Assembly (NCBI RefSeq): GCF_021028975.2
Contig: NC_059439.1
Span: forward strand, 29,140,001-29,195,367
From: Sphaerodactylus townsendi
Taxonomy: Eukaryota
Length of the DNA: 55,367 nt
Reading direction: 5' to 3'
The first letter of the stretch is position 1. Each line of letters starts with the position of its first letter. This document shows, piece after piece, positions 1 to 18,436 of the stretch. The notes under the pieces are model-generated. The model was not told where the DNA came from. It saw only the letters and a program-made list of their open reading frames with translations, and ran no database searches. The translations under genes and the position numbers were made by a program.

Positions 1-200
1 AATCCGCACTAGGCATTGGGGGGCTGCAATCCGCACACCCCCAACTTACAGCCATCCCTACACAACCATCTCTACGCAGCTGCCACCACGTCAACACATC
101 GCCATGGAGTTAATCATAGCCACAGCTCTAGGATAAAAGCTGTCTCTGAGTCTAGTTGTCCTGGTCTTCATGATCCTGTATCTTCTGCCAGATGGTAATA
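1..200 (-). mobile_element. Rex1/Babar LINE 3' fragment
   Basis: Minus strand 197->105 translates to LPSGRRYRIMKTRTTRLRDSFYPRAVAMINS, the typical C-terminal motif of Rex1/Babar reverse transcriptase ORFs. Confidence 0.75.
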
Positions 201-248
201 GTTCAAAAAAAAAGAAAAAGCAGGGTGAGACGGGTCCTTCAGGATATA

Positions 249-447
249 CAAACACCCTGCGAGGTAGGTGGGGCTGAGAGAGCTCAGAAGAACTGTGACT
301 AGCCCAAGGTCACCCAGCTGGAGTACACGAGGCTAATCTGAATTCCCCAGATAAGCCTCCACAGCTCAGGCGGCAGAGCAGGGAATCAAACCCGGTTCCT
401 CCAGATTAGAGTACACCTGCTCTTAACCGCTACGCCACTGCTGCTCC
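249..447 (-). mobile_element. tRNA-derived SINE (Squam3-like), 3'-truncated
   Basis: Same body as the other copies (gggctgagagagctc...gtgactagcccaaggtcacccagc...gaatcaaacccggttc); tRNA A/B-box head on the minus strand. Confidence 0.8.
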
Positions 448-1725
448 TGTGTGGCCAACCAGTGCCAGAGGAAAGAATGCAAAGTTAGGAGACAGAGTCT
501 TTGGGTGTGAGGAAATCCTTTATTAGATCTGGAGGACACAGCAGAAATTCAAGCACCGCCCTTCCCAAAGCCAGCACGATTTCCAACAGAAAAGGATAAC
601 CAGCAATATTTAAAGACTCGGCCTTAGCTCTTGATATGGAAACAGTCCTCTCTGTAAAAACAGGCTTGTGCTGCCCAGCTCCGCCCATCCCTTCCTACCA
701 CGGCACACGCACACCAATCAGCGGCCGACAACCTTATTTGGAAACGCTGTACAAAAGTGTCGGGGTTCAACAGGTTCAGCCGCATTAACCGGAACGCAAA
801 ACAGATCCAACATAAATCGTCTGACAAATTGGTACAGATTACAGTTCTTGCATGTTGAGGCCTTTCAAGCCATTTATCATCGCCCATCCCCCACCCCTTA
901 TCATCCTCCACTCCTTGTAGATATTTCTTCTGGCTGAGGTTTCAGTTCATGCATCTGACAAAATGGGCTTTAGACCACAAAAGTTTACACTTCCAGAACC
1001 TTGTTACCTAATCTTTTAAGTTGCCACAAGGTTCATTGTGGGTTTAAGAGAAAGAAAAGATGGGTATACAAGCAGCGTTCATGTGACTCATTCACGTTGC
1101 ATTCATTTCCCCACTGGAGGATCTCCTATACTCTGCTCCACAAAAAGATGATAGTAGATTGCACATTCCTCCGCCACAGAACAAAGCATGCCAGATCTTC
1201 TTTGTTGTAGAATGTTCTGCCTGGGTCCTAGTGCCTACCGAGCCCTGCTCCCCCACCCACCCGTCTAAAAGTTTGAAAATAAAAATACATTTTGGCACAA
1301 ACTTTTTGTATCAAAGTACCATGTTCAATAATGCACACAAGAATGGTTTTGACAAAGGCATCACGTGAAAATGAATGACAATTCTCATATTTGTTTGGGA
1401 CTATATTCTAATGCGGAAGCATACAATTCTCCTCAACTGCTGTACTTCAACTGACCGAATTATCATCTTTATGAGGAATATAGACAGCTTCTACGAGATC
1501 CGTGCAATGGAAATGAATGATGACACTTCTCCCATCACCCACAATTGAGGGGAGAGAGCAAAGAATGCAGCCCTGCGGAAACCAGCAGGTCACTAGGATT
1601 TCAGTCTCACGCAGCCAGTGGCAAACATTATATTCACTGGAATGAAAGGACCACCTCAGTCTCACCCCAAACACACCCATGTGCCGACAGCAAAAGCACA
1701 TTTTCACTTCAGTGCAAGACAAAGG

Positions 1726-2006
1726 GAAGAAGAAGAAGAGTTTGGATTTATACCCCACCTTTCTCTCCTGTAAGGAGACTCAAGGTGACTTACAAGCTCC
1801 TTTCCCTTCCTCTCCCCACAACAGACACCTGGCGAGGTAGGTGGGGCTGAGGGAGTTCCCAAGAACTGTGACTAGCCCAAGGTCACCCAGCAGGAATGTA
1901 GGAGTGCGGAAACACATCTGGTTCACCAGATAAGCCCCTGCCACTCAGGTGGAGAACCAAACCCGGTTCTCCAGATTAGAATCCACCTTAACCACTACAC
2001 CATGCT
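1726..2006 (-). mobile_element. tRNA-derived SINE (Squam3-like)
   Basis: Full copy with (CTT)n tail (gaagaagaag on plus) and tRNA-like head. Confidence 0.85.
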
Positions 2007-2074
2007 ATCCCTCTGGGAGAGTCAGGTACGGAGATAGCTTCCATGGTGGTCAAATAAGACTTTATTACAGGCAG

Positions 2075-2225
2075 CAGCCTGAGTAGCCCAGACTAGCTTG
2101 AGCCCATTGGCCCTAGCTTCGTACTTGAATGGGAGACCACAGGGGCTGCCATACAGAAGAAGGCAATGACAAACGGCCCCTTGCCTTCGAAACCACACAT
2201 TGAGTCAGCTGCCCTTGATAGCAAT
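2075..2225 (+). mobile_element. degenerate 5S rRNA-derived SINE
   Basis: gtacttgaatgggagaccac resembles the 5S C-box region; similar to the 25000-25195 copy. Confidence 0.5.
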
Positions 2226-2722
2226 TAATTATTGCATGCAGCAATGGGAGATATGCAGCTGTCTTATTTGAAATCCATCATCCACCATCCTCCTTGCGCC
2301 CAAAAGCTCCTCTTGCCCCACCGCTAGATTTCTGGACTACAAAACAGCCACTGTAAAGTGCCAGCTCGATTGCAGGAAGACAGGATGACAGACGTGATCC
2401 AATGGAAACGGACGACGCTGCCCGAGACAGAGCCGGCCCATTGCTCCATAAAATTTAGTCCACTCTAGAAGTGGTTCTACAAGGACGCAGCTAGAGAAGG
2501 ATCTCTATCTACTTCCTGAGCTTCTTTCAACTGGAGATGCCAGGGACCGAATCTGAAATCTCTGGCAGATAACATACACACATCCTGTGGAATACTTGGG
2601 ATTGACATGTTCAAGAGGGCGGGATTCAGATCTTCACAAGGATTTAACTTTTCATTTCAATCCACAGTCCTGGAACCTAGCCCTAAAATAGACGTAGCAA
2701 CAATATAGAAGATGATGATTTT

Positions 2723-2974
2723 GGAGACTCAAGGGGGCTTACAAGCTGTTTTCCCTTCCTCTCCCCACAACAGACACCTTGAGAGGTAGGGGGGGCTGAG
2801 AGAGTTCAGAGAGAACTGTGACTAACCCAAGATCACCCAGCAGGAAGGTAGGAGTGTGGAAACACATCTGGTTCACCAGATAAGCCTCTGCCACTCGGGT
2901 GGAGGGGTGGGGAATCAAACCTGGTTCTCCAGATTAGAATCCACCCGCTCTTGACCACTACACCATGCTGGCTC
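2723..2974 (-). mobile_element. tRNA-derived SINE (Squam3-like)
   Basis: Near-identical body to 1726-2006. Confidence 0.85.
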
Positions 2975-3751
2975 TCAATTGTCTCCGGGCCATGCGAAAC
3001 CTGAAGTGTTACCTGAGCATACAGATTTAGCCAAGACCACACACTTAGTCTTTCAGGCTCTCTGTGCTCTTCGAGACAGAAACAAAGAAGAGCCTTTTGT
3101 GCAGCACAGTCTTTCAGGCAAAACAAAAACTGAACATCGAGCCTTTCAAAGTGCTATAGAAATTACTTTAAACATTTTTTTAAAAAAATCCTGTTCCCAA
3201 CAGGAGAGCAAGGGATGTTTCAAAACCTGCCTGGCTCAAAAATGCAAAAGATTCACTGCTTTGTGCCGCTCTCGTTTCAATGTAAACAGCCCTGTAAGGA
3301 ACCGCTCGCTCAGTCCTCAGAGGAAGAAAAAAGAAAAGCAGCATACTATAAAAGTGCTTTGCAAAAAAAAAAAAAAGAATCAAGCGGGGGAAATTTCAAA
3401 AGCAGCTCCTTTCGGGCTCCTACCAAATAATGGAGCCTTAGGGATGTAAGCTGGCCTCTTTGCCATGTGGCACGCCAACTGAAAGGTATGCCCCGTGATG
3501 AGTTTATGCTTTACCTTACGATATGTACATCCAAAGAAGAACGGCAGTTAAAAGGACAATACATGGGTACCCATGCAGCGTCACCTCTGGACACCGTTCC
3601 CATGACGCACTGGAAGAAAACATGCCTTCCAATACTCATGCACTGAAAACCTGGTTTGCACACTGTTAGGAGTTCTCACCTTTTAGAGCCAAAAGGGCTC
3701 TTCAACGTAATAGTAAGGGGCTCCCCCCCCCAGTCATAGGGTGGGCCCTAA

Positions 3752-12440
<8,689 letters not shown>

Positions 12441-12578
12441 TCTAGAAGAGTTCAAAGATCGCCAATTATTACAAGGTACAAGTAACCAGAGAAGTTCCCT
12501 TTCCGGTGCAAAATCAGCTGTTCTTCTAAGTGACCCCCTTATGTTCCTAGAAAGATTGTGCTGACACATGCCATGACT

Positions 12579-12882
12579 AGGAAGAGGAGGAGGAGGAGTT
12601 TGGATTTATATCTGCCCTTTCTCTCCTGTAGGAGACTCAAAGGGCTTACAAACTCCTTGTCCTTCCCCCCTCACAACAAACACCCTGTGAGGTGGGTGGG
12701 GCTGAGAGAGCTCCGAGAAGCTGTGACTAGCCCAAGGTCACCCAGCTGGCATGTGTGGGAGTGCACAGGCTAATCTGAATTCCCCAGATAAGCCTCCACA
12801 GCTCAGGCGGCAGAGCGGGGAATCAAACCCGGTTCCTTCAGACTAGAATGCACCTGCTCTTAACCACGACGCCACTGCTGCT
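12579..12882 (-). mobile_element. tRNA-derived SINE (Squam3-like)
   Basis: Full copy with (CCT)n tail. Confidence 0.85.
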
Positions 12883-13044
12883 TCAGGAGAACTGCAGCAG
12901 CATGACTTTTCCACACGGTTGTCAAAGGCTTAACCAAGTCAAGGAGATCAACAGCCACTACTAGAATGGAAAGGCTGTTTGAGATCAGCACCCAGGCCAG
13001 CAGAGTGCACCATGAGACCAAGTCTACAAGTTCAGGAGGAAATA

Positions 13045-13262
13045 GTAGGATTTCAGGTTCTGGTCAGGAAATATCTACAGATTTGGGCGTGTGGAGGCTG
13101 AGGAGGACTGGGGCTTGGGAGAGACCTCAGCACGGTATAATGCCATAGAGTCCACCTTCCAAAGCAGTCATTTTCTCCAGGAGAACTGATCTCTCTGTCA
13201 CCTGGAGTTCAGTTGCAATCCCCAGGGATCTCCAGCCACGACCTGGAGGTTGGCACCTCCAG
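13045..13262 (-). mobile_element. non-autonomous repeat (probable hAT); intact relative of the interrupted copy at ~45000-45970
   Basis: Reverse complement shares ctggagaaaat...ggtggactctatgg with 45075-45115 and 45621-45704. Confidence 0.6.
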
Positions 13263-13469
13263 GCTAAAGCTCAGTCAGTGTTGGCAGAAATGATGTTAAG
13301 TACCAATCACCACTCCTCTATACGACGTCTCCACCAATTTATTTTAAACAGTGGTTTCCTCTCCATGTTTGACAACAACGCTTCCAAAACCCCTTTGTAG
13401 CCAGCTTAAAGCAGAGACAGCGGGACGAGTAAAGCCAGCATGCAAAGCAAGGAGCTCTAACCTTTAAAA

Positions 13470-14310
13470 AAGAGGACCGCATTGACACTACTGCGCATGC
13501 GTGAACCCCTACTCGCCTTTCGTTTTAAAACACCTCCTTATGCGTTCTCGAGGGCGGGGCTTCCTTTCTCGCAAGCGCACTCATGCTTCGGCTTCCCCTC
13601 TTTTCGCCACCGCGCGGCGCGCATGCGTAGCAATTTCGTATCTAGTCTAATGATGATCTTCCAAACCGATTTCTGGTTAAGGGCGAGAGAGACTGCGAAG
13701 GCGTCCACGGCCGAACGCTTCCGGCCTAAAACCGATAAAGTTTTTCCCCTCTAACAGCCAATCAAAAACGAGATAAAGGCTTCACCACAGAGACGTTCAG
13801 ACCTAGAACGCCCCTGTGGGAGGACAGTCGCTTTCGTTTTTTTTAATCGGAATGTCAGCCTGCGTGCCAGTCTAGCGTTTTTCTACTCTGTGGTGTACTT
13901 TGCATGCAGGGAAGGAACAGTTTATTATCGAATAGGGTTATTTTTTTAGCGCCAGTCTGGGAAAAAGAAGAGTACGATAAATACTGTTAAATAAACAAAT
14001 GTGGTACGAGCCGCGTCTCCCTCTTCAGTTACAAGCTGTATTAGCCGCGCATGCGCATATTCTGGCGCACGGTTTTCTGTTTGCACGCGCGCAACTTCGG
14101 GATTCGCGCGCCCCCGCCCTCTTCGCTCAACTGTCATCTCCAACCGTCCTCGAACGCGAGCGATGGAAGCAGGGGGCGTGGCCTCCCCGGTCTACCCAAT
14201 CAGGCGTCGAGTTCTGTCGCGAGCTCTTCCTTTCCCTTCCCACTTCATAAGCTCCATTCAGACACCTGAAAGGCGGGAAAAAACTGAGCCTTTAAGTTCG
14301 TTTGTGAGGG
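13470..14310. promoter_or_regulatory. CpG-rich bidirectional promoter TMEM143/SYNGR4
   Basis: CpG enrichment between head-to-head genes; NRF1-type GCGCATGCG motifs at 13492-13502, 13617-13628 and 14046-14057; CCAAT boxes ~13758 and ~14196; GC box gggcgggg ~13552. Confidence 0.8.
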
Positions 14311-15070
14311 AGGAAGGTGGGTTGATGTCTGAACGAGTTGATAAGGGAAGGTGGGCGGTTATGATCCTGAAGTAACCTGCGCCTCCAGCTATATCCGAAT
14401 CTGTGAAAGGAGGCTCAAATGGTCGACTGTCTGGTACCAAGCGAGGTGCTACTGGACTCAAATGGCGCTCTTGTACTGAACACCAACATGGCTACCTACC
14501 TGAAACTGTTTCTAGCACTAAGAATCTTGATGTAGGACTTATTCTGGTGAAATGCAACGGTCAACCCCCCAAGAGGACAAGGCATAGGTGCTCACATACC
14601 AGCCTAGTGAGAAATCCAAAAAAACCTTAAGATTTCTTTGTGATAATGAGGCAGTTCTGAGGTGTCCCTAACAACTACAATACTTTCAACGCTCCGACTC
14701 GCTCTCCTATACTTATCATAGTTATCATATAGCTATAAACTAAAATATTATAAACATTGTTATCATAAATAAGACTTGATTTCTCCACCCCTTATTGCTG
14801 AAGCCAAGATAGAGTAAGCAGGTTGCTTAAAACTGCCTACTGAGTTTAACATATTGGAACCAGTGACCAGGAAAACAAAACCCATGGGGGAAAAGCCCAC
14901 TTGGAAAAATGCCCACACAGAAAAAATAATAATTAAAATAGGAATTATAGAAATATGTGCTATAATTAAAAAGAATACAGTGACCATGACAAAAGACCCA
15001 GTGACCATGACAAAGGACCACCTAACCTTAAAATGATTACCTAACTGTAATAATTAAAATACATATTTTC

Positions 15071-15103
15071 ATACTTACCTGGCAGGGGAGACACCATGAT
15101 CAC
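15071..15103 (+). pseudogene. RNU1: U1 snRNA 5' fragment retropseudogene (tailless)
   Basis: ATACTTACCTGGCAGGGGAGACACCATGATCAC is the U1 5' end; flanked by the 10-bp direct repeat ACATATTTTC (15061-15070, 15102-15111). Confidence 0.9.
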
Positions 15104-15338
15104 ATATTTTCTGCTGAAAATGTTTACCCAAAATGAGAGCAGAGACAAATGAACTGCACCAAACAAAAACTGACAACAAATTGCAACAATCATCACTTCA
15201 CCTACGAAGACATATAATTCACCAATCTCCTTAAGTAATTAAGTTTATTTTCCTCTTGCTGATATTGCTGCACAGGAGTGGCAATCATGTCATGCAGTGC
15301 CTCATATTTTTCTCTTTTTCACCTCGAGGTGACCTGGC

Positions 15339-15440
15339 CAGTGGTAGGATTCAAAATAATTTAACAACTGGTTATTTACAAGCACCATTTTAACAATCGG
15401 TTCTGCCAAACTGGTGCAAACCTGCTGAATCCCACCACTG
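15339..15440. mobile_element. short hAT MITE nested in the MULE
   Basis: TIR CAGTGGTAGGATTCA/TGAATCCCACCACTG; TSD GACCTGGC/GACCTGCT. Confidence 0.75.
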
Positions 15441-15510
15441 GACCTGCTGGTGCATTAGCCAGTGTTAATTTGTGGCAAGCCCGGTCCTACTGCAGTCCAT
15501 TAAATAGAAA

Positions 15511-16100
15511 TCACACGCTGGGATGCCCGCAGTGGAACAGGGAATTAAGAGCGTTGTGAAATCCCTCACAGCAGTTTGTAGTTTTTGGCGACTGTTCCAG
15601 GGCTGCATCGTGATGATTCTACATTATATAGCTCATTATAGCACCTCATTATAGCTGTCTTCATCTGGAAATGTGGCAGCAAGCTTATAAAAAACGCTTC
15701 TCAGATCTTTGATTGGGACAAAAGCTAATGCAGCAAGAGACTTCAGTGTAATTTTTATGCTGATATTAGTTTTATATTCAGTCTTCAAGCCAACAATTTT
15801 GATTTTCCTGATGAGACTCTGACAGATGAAAATAACAGGCTTTGACCTCAGCATGTGGAAAGGAATCCTCACAGCAGTCATATAGGCCTTCTCAAAATCA
15901 ACCAAAACCTTTTGAGGCAGCAGATTTGGAATCAGTAACTTTATTTCAAACGTTCTCTTATAGGTGTCCATGTTCTTTTTTTGTAGTAAAATGTACAGAC
16001 GAGGCAGATATGAAATACCCACCTTAGCATGCCATGTGTGCAGTTGGTAGAACATATGATAGCCCTTGATTTTCCTTCCAAATCCTCTTTTATCAATCAC
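15511..16100 (-). pseudogene. MULE transposase pseudogene fragment
   Basis: FYQLHTWHA...LYILLQKK..DTY...VDFEKA...QSLIRKI...GL...Y...LAALAFVP, then PKTTNCCEGFHNALN, are conserved MULE transposase motifs; interrupted by stops and frameshifts. Confidence 0.8.
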
Positions 16101-16127
16101 AAGGCCCAGAGGGTGCTTGGGATATGT

Positions 16128-16428
16128 AAGAAGAAGAAGAAGAAGAGTTTGGATTTATATCCCCCCTTTCTCTCCTGCAGGAGACTCAAAGGGGCTGACA
16201 ATCTCCTTGCCCTTCCCCCCTCACAACAAACACCCTGTGAGGTAGGTGGGGCTGAGAGAGCTCCGAGAAGCTGTGACTAGCCCAAGGTCACCCAGCTGGC
16301 GTGTGTGGGAGTGCCCAGGCTAATCTGAATTCCCCAGATAAGCCTCCACAGCTCAGGCGGCAGAGCTGGGAATCAAACCCGGTTCCTCCAGATTAGATAC
16401 ACGAGCTCTTAACCTCCTACGCCACTGC
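16128..16428 (-). mobile_element. tRNA-derived SINE (Squam3-like) nested in the MULE
   Basis: Full copy with (CTT)n tail. Confidence 0.85.
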
Positions 16429-17449
16429 TACTAGCTTGAAGATAGGCCTCCCAAGGACCTGTAGGCCACACTCTAGGCCTAGAATCATGTCAGAAGCAAA
16501 GAGAGAGAGAGACTTGATAGGGTACATTTCTGGAAAAAAACCTCCAATGCCGCCCGCTGCCCATCAGCTTTATGGCAGGCTTGCATGGAAACACTAGCTG
16601 TGTACTGCCTGAGCTGGGCCAGTTTCATGGGTGAAATTGACACATGGGTGAAATTGACACATTGTGTACCCCTTTAGCCAAGAGCCATAGTTTAAGGCAG
16701 ATACAGGACATCACAAAAGGATATCTGCTCATACGTATATCGTTGGCCTAACATGCTGAACTTTGAATTTATTATATTGCATATTTTTCATGTGGTCATT
16801 TCTCCATGTGGGCATCTTTCCACATTGGCATTTTTCGTCTTGGAATTCATGATGGTGGGCTTTTTCCCTGCGGACTTTTTTTTCCATGGAATCATTGGAA
16901 CCAGTGACCTCCGAAATCACAGTTCATTTTCTTTAGCTGTAGTGCTACAATTGTGCTTGACAGATAACACTCCAGCTGAGTCAATCCCTGTTTCCTGGCA
17001 TTTGGCCCTGGATAATCACTGTTTTATTTTTGTTTGGAGAAAGCGTTAAAGTTTAGTTAGTGTTTGTTGCTAGTATCATCACTCTTCCGGGGTCAACAAC
17101 AACAATATAAAGCTCAAATACCTCTTGATTTTCCAGAACAGCATAAGCTTCTGCAGAATAAAGGAATGCACAGTGCAGCATGCTGCACATTTAATTGTTC
17201 TTTGGGCAATGAGTGATGGAGTAGCAATCCTTGGTATGATTAACTGGATTAAAAATATTTTTCTTCTGAAACATTAGCAATTATTGCCAGCTAAAGTTCG
17301 TAGACTGTGCCTGGACTCACATTTGCCTCATCGCATTTACACTATTGTCTCTTCCTCCTGAGTGAAGTAAATGAAAAGTGCACAGCTAAGGTGGATCTTT
17401 TCTAATCTCGTTATGGTGGAGGAACATAACTACGATTGCCGTGAACACT

Positions 17450-17900
17450 TCTCCCTGGCCCCCACATGGTGGAACGCTCTTTCTCCAGCTGTTAGGGCCC
17501 TGTGGGACCTTGGGGAGTTTTGCAGGGCCTGCAAAACTGAGCTGCTCCACTGGGCTTTTGGGGGGGCTGGCCGCTCAGCTGCCACCCCTTCCTGATGCCC
17601 ATGTACCATCTGTTTCTCTTCGGCTGTCTGCCAGTCCCCTCCCAGGGTTAAGATTGGACACCATCCATTAAATTGTGTGTGGGTTGTATTGCTGCTACTG
17701 ATATTATTGGTTTTATGTATTTTAATGATATTATTCGATATTTTTTGTATTTGTACACCGCTCTGAGCCCTTTGAGGGAGAGCGGTTTATTAAGTTGAAT
17801 TAATAATAATAATGACAACAACAATAATAATAATAACAACAAGAAGAAGAACCAGAAGAAGAACCAGAACAACAAGAGCAACAACAACAAGAAGAAAGGG
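17450..17900 (+). mobile_element. L2 LINE 3' fragment with expanded (AAT/AAC/AAG)n tail
   Basis: APTWWNALSPAVRALWDLGEFCRACKTEL, homologous to 6510-7000; compound trinucleotide tail 17798-17897. Confidence 0.8.
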
Positions 17901-18340
17901 AACAATAGTCATAACCTTCCCTTACAGTTATGGCATGGAAGAAGGGATCAGGGAAATCACACCATTTGGTTCTAACTGGTGTTTTGGAAACCAGAAAATG
18001 CTGGGAGCCAGACGCTGCTCAAGTTTTTTTATTTATTTATTTATTTATGCTTGTTGTCAAGTATAAGGAATTCACATACAACAAATTCAAACGCTGTTTG
18101 AACACTAGCTTGGATATTAGGGCTTTCCCACAGTGTGAAGTGTCATCCAAAAAGCTGTTATTTATATTTAACCCTTCCCTTCCCCTAGTTGATGTTCAGA
18201 TTTCTTTCATTTACAATTACTTTGGAATATAAATATACCAAACTCTTCTACTTTCTTAGTTCATGTTTCCCAACTTTTCTTTTACAGCATCTGTCAAGAT
18301 CAAGGTTTGTTCTAGAGACAAAAGAAACAACAACCACAGG

Positions 18341-18436
18341 ATGAGAAGGGTGGTCACAATCTTGCAGGATTTCTCAGACCATGATGTGGTACAGTTCATC
18401 TTAAGACCACAGATCATTGCTAGAACATTAGCCGGG
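18341..18436 (+). CDS. SYNGR4: SYNGR4 first coding exon
   Basis: Acceptor ttttacag ending 18287; ATG 18341; GGG|GTAAGA donor. Confidence 0.85.

Larger units (their letters stand above)
14853..16909 (-). mobile_element. decayed Mutator-like (MULE) DNA transposon
   Basis: Long imperfect terminal inverted repeats (gggggaaaagcccac vs gtgggctttttccc) and a transposase remnant 16100->15511. Confidence 0.75.

Noticed and set aside
200-3750. Possible EMP3 3' end expected from recalled synteny
   Set aside because: No EMP3 coding exon recognised; the plus-strand AATAAA near 1278 alone is insufficient.
12442-12569. Upstream in-frame ATG extension of TMEM143 (MCQHNLSR...)
   Set aside because: A good acceptor precedes the MLH ATG, recalled homology begins near MLH, and the extension abuts a SINE; likely intronic.
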